Below are positions 1 through 8,669 of a stretch of DNA of 47,107 nt, in pieces. Source of the stretch: a virus (Duplodnaviria > Caudoviricetes); IMG/VR virus record IMGVR_UViG_3300032294_002517, positions 1-47,107 of that record; one strand, written 5' to 3'. Position 1 is the stretch's first letter. The number at the start of each line of letters is the position of its first letter. Position numbers and translations under genes: made by a program. The notes beneath the pieces are model-generated. The model made no database searches. It was not told the origin of the DNA and saw nothing but the letters and a program-made list of their open reading frames with translations.

Positions 1-170
1 AAATCATAAAATGGCAAAAGTTCTATGCAAGATGAAAACGGCTGAACCAGTTGAATTGCCTAGATTACAAGCCCTGTAAGGCTTAATTAAATCTTGCAGA
101 TTTAAAATGAGCGAACGTACAGTCAATAGGTTGCTTCCTTATTGAAATACGCCGCGAACCCAAAGGTTGC

Positions 171-497
171 ATGATTACAGTACACGCGGACGGAGTCGTT
201 TACCGCACCCCAAATGAGCAAGGAATTGGGCTTGATGAATGTTGCGAATTGGTAGCCAAATTCTTGATTGAGCAGTCGCAAGCAATTCAGCAAGGTACTG
301 TCGTCGCCAATCAGAAACCCGAAACGTCCCTATCCATCGAAGAAATACTCGCGCAAATGTCAATTTTGCAAGAGCAATTGTCAGAACAGATAAGATTAGC
401 AATTACCCCCGCAGTCCTGACAGAAATCCAAAAACAACAACGCCCAGGCGGGAATTTAACGAAAACTACCCCACCAACCTACACACAAACCGAGTAG
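171..497 (+). CDS. hypothetical protein
   Basis: 108-aa ORF converging on the tail gene; no recognised motif. Confidence 0.5.
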   Translation: MITVHADGVVYRTPNEQGIGLDECCELVAKFLIEQSQAIQQGTVVANQKPETSLSIEEILAQMSILQEQLSEQIRLAITPAVLTEIQKQQRPGGNLTKTTPPTYTQTE

Positions 498-1224
498 CCG
501 TTACCCAATACCCCCCATACATAAAAAACTCACTCATCCGCCCTTCACCTAAATTGTGGAGGGCTTTGCCATTCTTAGGGTCAAGCAAAATGGCGGAGTG
601 ATGAGTTTGTGTACCAGAAATGCACATCAATATCACGTCGTTAGCTTGTAGCGGTTCATCAGTGTCTAACTTCCTAAATCCGGCTTTTTCAAAATTACCC
701 GCGAACATATCCCAGTCAGGTGACGTGGTTTCCTTGATCTCATTACGCGGAAAATCTGGTAAATCAACGCCCAGTATCCCTTTGTAGTACGAACGCACCA
801 GCGTATAACAATCAGAACGGTTGTAGTCAAATTTCCACCCCAAATAAAACGGCAATTCTTTCGGCATCCAGGGATTAGAGATTAACGGATAGGGGTAAAT
901 ATCGGTAGGATCATAGTAGTCCCATTCCCTAAAAACCGTATGGTACAAAGCGTAGGGTATTTTCCTTGCTTTACTATTAGCAATATCAACAGGACTTAAA
1001 ATAGCGGGTTGTGAATCAAGGCAATGGCTGTGATATATCCCCACTGCGGAGTCAGCGACTAGATCAAACTCGCTTTGTTCAATAATAAAATTATGCTGTG
1101 GTTCATTTGCACAATTGTTCATTTGTACAATTTCGCCATTGTTCAGAATCACGCCACAAATCTCTACGTCCGGTGTGGCGATCGCTTGGTTGATGATTTG
1201 GCGTTTGATTTGGGTAGTTAGCAT
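466..1224 (-). CDS. tail assembly protein, lambda gpK-like (JAB/MPN + NlpC/P60)
   Basis: N-terminal EICG...YHSH...S..D JAB motif; C-terminal DCYTLVRSYY and HHSAI...LH NlpC/P60 motifs. Confidence 0.9.
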   Translation of the reverse strand: MLTTQIKRQIINQAIATPDVEICGVILNNGEIVQMNNCANEPQHNFIIEQSEFDLVADSAVGIYHSHCLDSQPAILSPVDIANSKARKIPYALYHTVFREWDYYDPTDIYPYPLISNPWMPKELPFYLGWKFDYNRSDCYTLVRSYYKGILGVDLPDFPRNEIKETTSPDWDMFAGNFEKAGFRKLDTDEPLQANDVILMCISGTQTHHSAILLDPKNGKALHNLGEGRMSEFFMYGGYWVTATRFVCRLVG

Positions 1225-1252
1225 TTTGGCAGGATATGATTTTTAATATTGT

Positions 1253-1292
1253 TGACCAATGACCAATAACCACTGACTACTGACTACTGACC
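1253..1292. repeat. degenerate heptamer tandem repeat (STRR-like)
   Basis: GACCAAT/AACCACT/GACTACT units, typical of heterocystous cyanobacteria. Confidence 0.65.
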
Positions 1293-1296
1293 AAAC

Positions 1297-1322
1297 AAAA
1301 AACTCCCGAAAACTCAGGAGTT
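1297..1322 (-). terminator. intrinsic terminator closing the minus-strand ncRNA unit
   Basis: minus strand AACTCCTGA-GTTT-TCGGGAGTT followed by a T-run. Confidence 0.7.
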
Positions 1323-1341
1323 ATGATCCATGTACATTTAA

Positions 1342-1497
1342 GAGAAGGGGGAGGGATCGAACCATCCTTTTCTTTATTAACAGAGATTGCCGTGTATTTT
1401 TGCTCTTCTGTCAGAAAGTCACATTTTATGGCAATCTACGTGAATCGCTGACACTTCACGCTGCCTCAAAAGTGTTTTACCATTAAACTACCCCACA
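1342..1497 (-). ncRNA. tRNA-like structured RNA with about 100-nt insertion in place of the anticodon loop
   Basis: D-arm TAGTTTAATGGTAAAAC, T-loop GGTTCGATCC, inner helices CGTGAA/TTCACG and AGATTGCC/GGCAATCT, complementary loops TGTCAG/CTGACA. Confidence 0.6.
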
Positions 1498-1500
1498 AGA

Positions 1501-1562
1501 ACGCCATTCCTGATCACGCCCGCAAGGCATGAAGCCTATATAAAGTTAATCAGTTCCGGCGT
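1501..1562 (-). ncRNA. structured 5' RNA element of the same transcript
   Basis: closed by ACGCC/GGCGT, with inner CTGA/TCAG and TCATGCC/GGCGTGA helices; starts about 7 nt after an extended -10 TGCTATTAT (1577-1569). Confidence 0.45.
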
Positions 1563-1646
1563 AAAAACATAATAGCACAATTTTAGCTCAATGTCTCTGA
1601 ACTACCCCGAAAACCCTTATTGGCAATGGATTGCAAGATTTTCTCT

Positions 1647-1693
1647 ACCGCCTTCTAAGCGGACGGTCGCTGGTTCGAGTCCAGCCGTACCCA
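1647..1693 (+). other. attP core: 3' half of tRNA-Arg(UCU)
   Basis: CCGC-CTTCTAA-GCGG anticodon arm, GCTGGTTCGAGTCCAGC T-arm and 3' acceptor strand; no 5' half; about 130 bp upstream of the integrase. Confidence 0.85.
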
Positions 1694-1700
1694 TTCCCTG

Positions 1701-1727
1701 AAAGTCTTGAGAAATCGAGACTTTTTT
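1701..1727 (+). terminator. terminator supplied to the reconstituted tRNA
   Basis: AAAGTCTTGA-GAAA-TCGAGACTTT plus T-run. Confidence 0.65.
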
Positions 1728-1819
1728 ATTTATCCGTAGCACTTACACGCGCTTGGAATATTGCTTTATATGGCTTTATATTGCATCCTGAGTAAATAAT
1801 TTAGTTCAGGAATAGTTCA

Positions 1820-2893
1820 ATGAAATGGACCCTAGATGCGGTAAACGAACGGCTAAAGGCTGGGATGATTGGAGTGAAAGTTTGCCAACGAGGCGATCGC
1901 CTTTCACTCCGTGCCACATTTCCACCAAAACCCGACTCACAAAAAACGGGACCACATCAACAATATTTGGCATTGGGAATTTATGCCAATGCCGCAGGAC
2001 TGCAACGGGCTGAAGCTGAAGCCAAAATTGTCGGGGGACTATTGGCAACAAACTCATTTGATTGGGGACGATACCTAGAACCCGAACCGACAAACGTGGG
2101 GACGTGCGGGTATTGGATTGATAAATTCAAGATTGAATATTTTGCGGCCAACGGGAACAGCATCACCACCCAGCAAACCTGGAAGAATCATTATCAATCT
2201 TGCTTTGGCAGATTACCCCAAGATGAACCGCTTACCCGTGAAATTTTAATCGCAACTGCTATTCAGACAGAAGCCAACACATGGACCAGACAGCGGACTT
2301 GCCAAAAATTTGAACAATTAGCCAAATTAGCCGATGTGGCGTGTGACCTGAAAAAATATCATGGCAACTACGGCAGCAACAGCCAAGTCATTAAACAACT
2401 GCCGACAGAAGAGGAAATTATCGCCAATAGAGAGAAAATCACAAACCCGTCTTGGGTGTGGGTATTTGGAGCGATCGCTTGCTACGGATTGCGCCCTCAT
2501 GAGGCTTTATTTTGTGAAATTGAACAAACTGAACCGCACCGATGCAAAATTCTAGGCGGCAAAACCGGAACACGCCTTGCTTATCCGTTGCCTGTGGAAT
2601 GGGTGAAGGACTGGCAACTGTGGCAGATGGATAAACCGACTATCAAAACTGACAATAGGACTTTAAAAGATATTGGCAGCGTTGTCTACAAGTCAATGAA
2701 GCGATACGGCGTGACTTTTGCGCCTTACGATTTACGCCATGCCTGGGCTGTTCGGGCTGCTTTAAAATACAAAATCCCTACGTCTGTGGCGGCTAAATGG
2801 ATGGGACATAGCGTGACCGTACACCTAAAAGAATATCAGCGTCATATCACTGACGCCGATCATTTGGAAATATTTGAGAAATTTACTAAATAG
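1820..2893 (+). CDS. int: tyrosine recombinase / phage integrase
   Basis: YGLRPHE (R), KTG (K), YDLRHAWA (HxxR box variant), MGHS and Y catalytic motifs; cyanobacterial arm-binding N-terminus. Confidence 0.95.
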   Translation: MKWTLDAVNERLKAGMIGVKVCQRGDRLSLRATFPPKPDSQKTGPHQQYLALGIYANAAGLQRAEAEAKIVGGLLATNSFDWGRYLEPEPTNVGTCGYWIDKFKIEYFAANGNSITTQQTWKNHYQSCFGRLPQDEPLTREILIATAIQTEANTWTRQRTCQKFEQLAKLADVACDLKKYHGNYGSNSQVIKQLPTEEEIIANREKITNPSWVWVFGAIACYGLRPHEALFCEIEQTEPHRCKILGGKTGTRLAYPLPVEWVKDWQLWQMDKPTIKTDNRTLKDIGSVVYKSMKRYGVTFAPYDLRHAWAVRAALKYKIPTSVAAKWMGHSVTVHLKEYQRHITDADHLEIFEKFTK

Positions 2894-3166
2894 TTTATAT
2901 ACCCCTAATCTAAAGGATAGCTTTTCATGCGACTTCTTTCTCTTCCTTTAATGATATTATTTCCCCCGCCAAATACTCTCTTTTAGCTGAATCCATTCTT
3001 ACGCGGAAGCTATCATTATCCTCTTTGTTGCGTCCCATATATCTTATTTTTGGTGTACAGTTTTATAATAACAAGATAGACGAAAGAGAATACTAACCAT
3101 TTAAAAACTTTTAGCAAATCACAAATAGATAATTGTATAATTAAAGACGATGCAAAGAAAAACAAC

Positions 3167-3790
3167 ATGATTGTGGATATTGAAAATCTACTGGCTAAAT
3201 GCTCTGTATTCCGCGCGAATATTGAAAAAGACCAAATATTCGTAGTCTGCGATACGGATGAAACATTTATAGAAATAGCTAAAAGACAGAAAGAGTTTAT
3301 CCAAGCCTTGACGGTTGATAGTGAATCTTGGGATGAAATCATCCTAAGATCAGAATTGGGGGGGAAGCTAACCACATTCTACCCTCCCAAATTCAGACCT
3401 CTTATTGCAGCTAAACCTATGGTGCATTCTAGCATACTGGTAATCCCTGAAGCGGAGATTATCAGTGAAATCATGAAATATCCTAATCCGTCGTCTCTCG
3501 TCGAATTTTCTAGTGATAGGGGGTGGTTCACTAATACTCACGTAGAAAAAAGCTCTGGTGCTAAATTCAGCGAATGGATCGGCGCAAACCAGGGAAGTTA
3601 CTGGATACCCGAAGAATTGCAGCGATTCAAGCAATTACTTCTTAAAGACAAGGAGTTACTGGGATTCAAATATCAGGCTTTTCTTTATACAGGGCAAAAA
3701 GCCGATTTTGAAGTTGATGCTCGACTTGTAACTTTCAATGGCAGTTTATGCCGTTGGGTTCGGGTTGTTGACTGTCAAGTGATTTCCTGA
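3167..3790 (+). CDS. hypothetical protein (possible PAS-like C-terminus)
   Basis: 207-aa ORF converging on the repressor; the fold suggestion is weak. Confidence 0.6.
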   Translation: MIVDIENLLAKCSVFRANIEKDQIFVVCDTDETFIEIAKRQKEFIQALTVDSESWDEIILRSELGGKLTTFYPPKFRPLIAAKPMVHSSILVIPEAEIISEIMKYPNPSSLVEFSSDRGWFTNTHVEKSSGAKFSEWIGANQGSYWIPEELQRFKQLLLKDKELLGFKYQAFLYTGQKADFEVDARLVTFNGSLCRWVRVVDCQVIS

Positions 3791-4352
3791 TTTCGCAATA
3801 ACTAATTAATTCCTCCCGGCTGCTAAACCCACCCTTAGTAGTCGGGTTTTTTAATGTTGCTGCAATCAACGTTAGTAGCACCTCCGTATCATCTACAGAC
3901 GCAGGTAAAACGCCGTGCATCAGTGCCGTGTATTGGCTTTCAGTGATTCCCGACTTTCTACAGAACTTCTCAATGGAAAGTCCAGAATCTCGAATTAAAT
4001 CTATCAGGCAATTTACATCAATCATCTGCTGTACCTCTAGGCGTTCAGAGTATTTACCAGCTAATAGAGAAATTAATCGTTGTTGCTGAATCGGGTCTAA
4101 TCCCAATGCCATGCCCAGTAAATCTTCAGCGGTGCGTGGTTTTGCCCCACCCAAGCCTAAGTATTGATCTAATTCATGTCCTGGGCGACATCCCATAGCT
4201 AGACATAAATCAATATATCTCTCTAGCCCTGGAGAGACTTTTTCTGATTGCCATTCACTCAACGTCCCTTGACTGACCCCAGATTTTTTGGCGGCTTGAT
4301 TCATGCTAGATGCACGACTACAAACCGATTTAATTAATTCACCCAATCGCAT
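3735..4352 (-). CDS. XRE-family immunity repressor
   Basis: N-terminal HTH (MNQAAKKSGVSQGTLSEWQ) plus a second HTH-like segment; divergent from the early operon. Confidence 0.8.
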   Translation of the reverse strand: MRLGELIKSVCSRASSMNQAAKKSGVSQGTLSEWQSEKVSPGLERYIDLCLAMGCRPGHELDQYLGLGGAKPRTAEDLLGMALGLDPIQQQRLISLLAGKYSERLEVQQMIDVNCLIDLIRDSGLSIEKFCRKSGITESQYTALMHGVLPASVDDTEVLLTLIAATLKNPTTKGGFSSREELISYCEIRKSLDSQQPEPNGINCH

Positions 4353-4458
4353 ATTTTTAAATTTAAAAAACTACTTCCCATTTTCCCACCACTAAGCTAC
4401 GATAAAGTTATCAAAACTCCAATAAAGGCATAGAAAACGCGATAAAGACATATAAACT

Positions 4459-4869
4459 ATGCAAAATAACAGTAGCACGGTGGAAGGGGGAAAGCCTCTA
4501 CCACTAGACAGAGGGGAAATTGTCACAATCCCAAGATTGGAACTTGACGCGCTGATCAATCGCGCTGCTTCTAGTGCGGCGGAAAAGGCTGTATCAGAAG
4601 CAGTCAAGCAGTTTGAGTCCCTATTTTTAAAAACCGTAGGGGAAAAAACAGGGAAGGGCGAAAAGTGGCTTAATACTGCGGCGGCGGCTGTGCTACTAGG
4701 CAAGCGTCCAGAGCAATTACGGGAAATGGTAAACGACGGGAGATTAAGGGTAGGAAAGGAAGTGAGGGACGACCGACCTAAAAACGCCATACGCCCTGTC
4801 TATGTGTTCCATATTCCAAATTGTGAGCAACGCCTTTTGACCCCTCCAGAAAAACGGGGGAATAAATGA
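4459..4869 (+). CDS. excisionase-like DNA-binding protein
   Basis: WLNTAAAAVLLGKRPEQLREMVNDGRL MerR/Xis-type HTH; first gene divergent from the repressor. Confidence 0.7.
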   Translation: MQNNSSTVEGGKPLPLDRGEIVTIPRLELDALINRAASSAAEKAVSEAVKQFESLFLKTVGEKTGKGEKWLNTAAAAVLLGKRPEQLREMVNDGRLRVGKEVRDDRPKNAIRPVYVFHIPNCEQRLLTPPEKRGNK

Positions 4870-5090
4870 AACAATCTGTAAATCAGGAGTTGAATAAAAA
4901 GCAAAAGCAGCTTGGTTTTCGTAGTGGCGATGCCCTATTTGACAGCTATTCCAGAAATGATGGAATAGAACCAAATACCGACTACAACACCTCATTGATC
5001 AGCGGGTTTTTGAGGTCTGTACCATCCTTTTCTGATGCTCAAAAACGGTTAATTTATGAACAGTTAATCAAATCAGGATTTACGCCATGA
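4866..5090 (+). CDS. hypothetical protein
   Basis: ATGA overlaps at both ends within the early operon. Confidence 0.6.
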   Translation: MKQSVNQELNKKQKQLGFRSGDALFDSYSRNDGIEPNTDYNTSLISGFLRSVPSFSDAQKRLIYEQLIKSGFTP

Positions 5091-5278
5091 ATCCTGAGAT
5101 TGAATGGGAACTTTTTGAGTTTGTCCAAACTGAAAAATCATGGAGTCAAATCTGTGCAAGGATTAAGCAGCCGTTACCCATAATCTCCATTGCACTTAAA
5201 CAATTAGTGGACAACGAAAGGATAATCAAAATAGTCAAAGGCGACGATATTTATTATGCCCAAAAACAGCATGATTAA
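5087..5278 (+). CDS. small winged-helix protein
   Basis: ISIALKQLVDNERIIK wHTH pattern. Confidence 0.6.
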   Translation: MNPEIEWELFEFVQTEKSWSQICARIKQPLPIISIALKQLVDNERIIKIVKGDDIYYAQKQHD

Positions 5279-5525
5279 CGACAGAATAATCGCTGAATTA
5301 CGCAAGGGTGATATGTTTGCCCATGAGATTAAATCAGCCTTGAACGTCAAATACTCCGAACTTTGGGAAGCGATAAAGCAGCTAGAGTCAGAGGGGTTAA
5401 TCCGCCGATATTTCCGCGAAACTCCACCAAGCGCGACACTGTGCTACTGCTTATCGAGTAATCGAAAAGTGCCTTTATCGGTTCGATGGAATCAGGGGGG
5501 GATAAAAACATGGACACCCGCGTAA
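5256..5525 (+). CDS. small winged-helix protein
   Basis: MFAHEIKSALNVKYSELWEAIKQLESEGLI wHTH pattern. Confidence 0.65.
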   Translation: MPKNSMINDRIIAELRKGDMFAHEIKSALNVKYSELWEAIKQLESEGLIRRYFRETPPSATLCYCLSSNRKVPLSVRWNQGGIKTWTPA

Positions 5526-5781
5526 CCATACCGCCATCGGATTTATTTGAACAAGCAAAACCGTATCTGCTTATCACAGTCCAAGGTATTGGGGGAAAGA
5601 AATTATTTTTGGGTTTCGCAAGCCATTAATAGAAATCCATGAACGCACCAGAAACGACCATTACGTAAGCTGGGAAATCACCATAAACCTTAATCCTAGA
5701 TTCGGCGTTAAAGCTCCCATGATTATAATTTCCGCATACGAAAAAGCAACAAACGCCGATACTTCGTTGATTTGGAAATAA
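5510..5781 (+). pseudogene. hypothetical gene split by a -1 frameshift at GGGGGAAAG
   Basis: ATG 5510 frame stops early; the -1 frame is open from 5593 to TAA 5781. Confidence 0.5.
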
Positions 5782-5838
5782 CCTCATTTTGTCCATAGCT
5801 ATTGAGAAATCAATAGCTTTATTACTTCGTTAAACCCA

Positions 5839-6621
5839 ATGAAAATTTACACCTCATATTACGGCGGAGAACAAATAGGGACTTCCATCTGTATCTCTAT
5901 CACCCAAAAACACGGGTGCAGTTTTCAGGATTTACCTTTATTCAAGCCATCGGACACACTATTTAAGTTTTGGAAAAACTCTAAAAAAGACGCTGAGGCA
6001 GAAAAACATTACACAGATGTGTTCATGGCGAATTTAGCGTCTGAATTTAACGATAAAGCGGTTGATATTTGGCTGCGTAAAGTGGCTAAATCAGGCAGTG
6101 ATGTAACTTTGAACTGTCACGAAATCAAGGGGTTTTGTCACCGTCATTTAGTAGGAAGAATTATCAAATCAAAACGCCCTGAATTATGGGGCGGTGAAAT
6201 TAGCAAAATTCGACAACAACCCGATCAACTAACACTATTCCCGTCCACCCAGGCAACACAAACCAATCTTCCAAATAAACAGACGGAACTGTCCAGACAA
6301 GAAAATCAAGCTGTCCAGATAGCGATCCAACGCCCAACACCCATTGCCTCAAGAAAACTGGAAATACACGAAATGGGATACACTAAGCCCCGTTACACTT
6401 GGGCGGATCAAGGTGCTTTGGCTAAATGGTGGAATCCTCACGGCGAGGAAATTTCGTTTATTAGTAATTTGGAGACTGGGGAAAACAAGTACAACATTCA
6501 CAAAGCTGAAGACATCCCTGATGGTTGGGGCGCAATTTTGGCGTATGGCGGCATACCTATTCCTAAAAATGACTTAATTCTAGTTTTTGACCCTCACAAA
6601 GAAGCAAGGAAGGCAGGTTAA
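5839..6621 (+). CDS. DUF488-like domain protein
   Basis: MKIYTSYY N-terminus and LNCHE..FCHRHLV motif. Confidence 0.7.
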   Translation: MKIYTSYYGGEQIGTSICISITQKHGCSFQDLPLFKPSDTLFKFWKNSKKDAEAEKHYTDVFMANLASEFNDKAVDIWLRKVAKSGSDVTLNCHEIKGFCHRHLVGRIIKSKRPELWGGEISKIRQQPDQLTLFPSTQATQTNLPNKQTELSRQENQAVQIAIQRPTPIASRKLEIHEMGYTKPRYTWADQGALAKWWNPHGEEISFISNLETGENKYNIHKAEDIPDGWGAILAYGGIPIPKNDLILVFDPHKEARKAG

Positions 6622-6624
6622 GTC

Positions 6625-7701
6625 ATGTCAAGCGCACAGCAAGCCTTGGAATTTATTAAACGGAATAATGGTGTTGTTAAGTTGCGGGAATTAAGGCATT
6701 TTCCGCAACAATTACTTGAAAGCTTGGAGCGCAATCAATCCATTGAAATAGTAAAAATTGATGGTGATTGGCAAGCACGCATTAATTCAGTGTTTGACCA
6801 AAAAACGAATGAATCACCTATCACAATTAACGCCAACAAACATCAAGAGTCAATCCGTAAAGATTGCGCCCAAAAGCCAAGAACTCAGCGGAGACAAATC
6901 AAAGCCACTCCCCAAGTTGTTCCAGATCCGAAACCATTGCGACAAAGAAAGCCCATACAGAAAAAACCGATAACTTGCGCAAAACCCAAAAAAATAAAGA
7001 TAAAACCAAAGCGCGGATACGTATATTCTAAGGAGAAAATACTAAACTTTCTCGCAACGTCAGAAAAAGCACTGACCGCGAGAGAGATAGTAGAAAGTGG
7101 ATTGTGTGGGTACAAAACATCTGTCTACAAAACATTAAATCGGCTGATAGAACTTGGTGATGTTGTCGCCTCTTCTGATAAAGCCAAAAACAGAGTATTC
7201 ATTGATAAAGACCGAGTTCATTTATTGCAAGTTGAGCGAATTGTTAGACGACGCGAATTTGTCCAGATGAACCGAAACAGGGTTTTAAACTACATAAAAA
7301 AAGAAGGTAGGATACTCGAAGTTGCTGACGTAGTAGCCGCAACAAACATCACGAAGAAAACAGCGATCAGGATAGTGATTTTTTGGGGAGAGGCAGGGGA
7401 TCTCACTCTAATTAGAGACTCCGAAAGGGGGAATAGATTACATTTTGTACCATCAGAGAATGCTGAATTGGTAACGGAACTGATGCAATTAAACGAATTA
7501 TCTACCGCCAATCAAGTTAGGAAAATCCTAGAATCTACCAATAGGGGCGTGTCTATTGGCGATGTGTTGGTAGCAATCGGCAAAGGACGGAGAAACGGCG
7601 GTTGCTACAAATACATTAAGAAATTATTCAAGCAATGGGGATGCAAGAACTACAGGCAAGGATGCGGACTTTATTATTATCTTGATCAGGAAACAAAATG
7701 A
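6625..7701 (+). CDS. multi-winged-helix DNA-binding protein
   Basis: repeated wHTH patterns, e.g. LTAREIVE..KTSVYKTLNRLIELG. Confidence 0.65.
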   Translation: MSSAQQALEFIKRNNGVVKLRELRHFPQQLLESLERNQSIEIVKIDGDWQARINSVFDQKTNESPITINANKHQESIRKDCAQKPRTQRRQIKATPQVVPDPKPLRQRKPIQKKPITCAKPKKIKIKPKRGYVYSKEKILNFLATSEKALTAREIVESGLCGYKTSVYKTLNRLIELGDVVASSDKAKNRVFIDKDRVHLLQVERIVRRREFVQMNRNRVLNYIKKEGRILEVADVVAATNITKKTAIRIVIFWGEAGDLTLIRDSERGNRLHFVPSENAELVTELMQLNELSTANQVRKILESTNRGVSIGDVLVAIGKGRRNGGCYKYIKKLFKQWGCKNYRQGCGLYYYLDQETK

Positions 7702-7861
7702 AGCCCATCAAAATAGGAACAAGATTCAAGGATTGTGACGGCGTGAAGTGGAAAGTTTATACAAAAGTGGGTGATCGTCAATGGAGTTGCTTGCCGGTGA
7801 GTGACAACTCGCGCCCTTTTACTATATTCACGGAAACCCAGATTCAGGAGTATTTGAGCAA

Positions 7862-8209
7862 ATGACAAAAATTAAATTAATGACTGATTATGGCTGTTAC
7901 CCATTATGGTGGGCAGATGGCGACAAAGTTGGTAACATTGACCCAGCCAAACTGCCCCTCAGCCAAGAGACCGCCGCACGGCTACAAAAATGGGCGGACA
8001 GCTTTGATGACGGATTAGACTGGGACGATCCGGGTAATTCCCCAAGTCCAACCCCAGAGGAATTAGCAGCTTTTGAGAGGGAAGGTATTAGCCTATGGGA
8101 GCAACTGCAACAAGAACTCGCGCCTAATTACGAAGTTGTTTATTTTAGTCAGATATTGGGCAGGATCATGACTGGCGTAAATGAATTAGAAGAGGTGGAT
8201 TATGGCTGA
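7862..8209 (+). CDS. conserved hypothetical acidic protein
   Basis: IKLMTDYGCYPLWW N-terminus seen in a widespread small protein family. Confidence 0.7.
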   Translation: MTKIKLMTDYGCYPLWWADGDKVGNIDPAKLPLSQETAARLQKWADSFDDGLDWDDPGNSPSPTPEELAAFEREGISLWEQLQQELAPNYEVVYFSQILGRIMTGVNELEEVDYG

Positions 8210-8256
8210 AATGGAAGGTAAGGACTTGTTTTAGCCGAAGAACAGAATAAAGGCAC

Positions 8257-8280
8257 AGACGGGTTTACAGCCCGTTTTTT
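8257..8280 (+). terminator. intrinsic terminator
   Basis: AGACGGGT/GCCCGTTT hairpin plus T-run. Confidence 0.6.
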
Positions 8281-8321
8281 ATTTCTTATTGGTAAATCAA
8301 TACCAGATATATAGATAGCTG

Positions 8322-8350
8322 TTGACAGAAAGGCGGTAAGATGTTATCGT
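8322..8350 (+). promoter_or_regulatory. sigma70-type promoter of the replication operon
   Basis: TTGACA-17 bp-TATCGT with TG extension. Confidence 0.6.
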
Positions 8351-8372
8351 ATTTATATTGAGTTGGGAATAA

Positions 8373-8579
8373 ATGAAAGTGAAGTGCAAGCTACGAGAGT
8401 TCATGGAAGAAAAAGAGCTAACTCAAATGGAAGTGGCGGGTAAAACAGGGTTGAGTCCTACCATAATTGGGCGGCTGTACCATAATCGGTTTAGCCGGCT
8501 CGACAATCAGACGGCCGCCAAGATATGCGAGTTTTTTGGGCTTTCGCTGGGTGAAATGTTCTACTTGGCTAACGATTAA
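8373..8579 (+). CDS. Cro/C1-type HTH regulator
   Basis: LTQMEVAGKTGLSPTIIGRLY...KICEFFG. Confidence 0.85.
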   Translation: MKVKCKLREFMEEKELTQMEVAGKTGLSPTIIGRLYHNRFSRLDNQTAAKICEFFGLSLGEMFYLAND

Positions 8580-8669
8580 CAGATTCGGCAAATCATCGGC
8601 GTGCTGCGGTGCTTCCGTGCGCCTATAGTTATTGAAAGATCAATAACCCAATAAATCTTTTAATAGGCT

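Noticed and set aside
1342-1497. tmRNA or group I intron-containing tRNA
   Set aside because: Too short, has a paired D-arm, no tag ORF, no alanine G3-U70 acceptor and no group I core motifs.
1647-1693. Functional tRNA-Arg gene
   Set aside because: The 5' acceptor strand and D-arm are missing.
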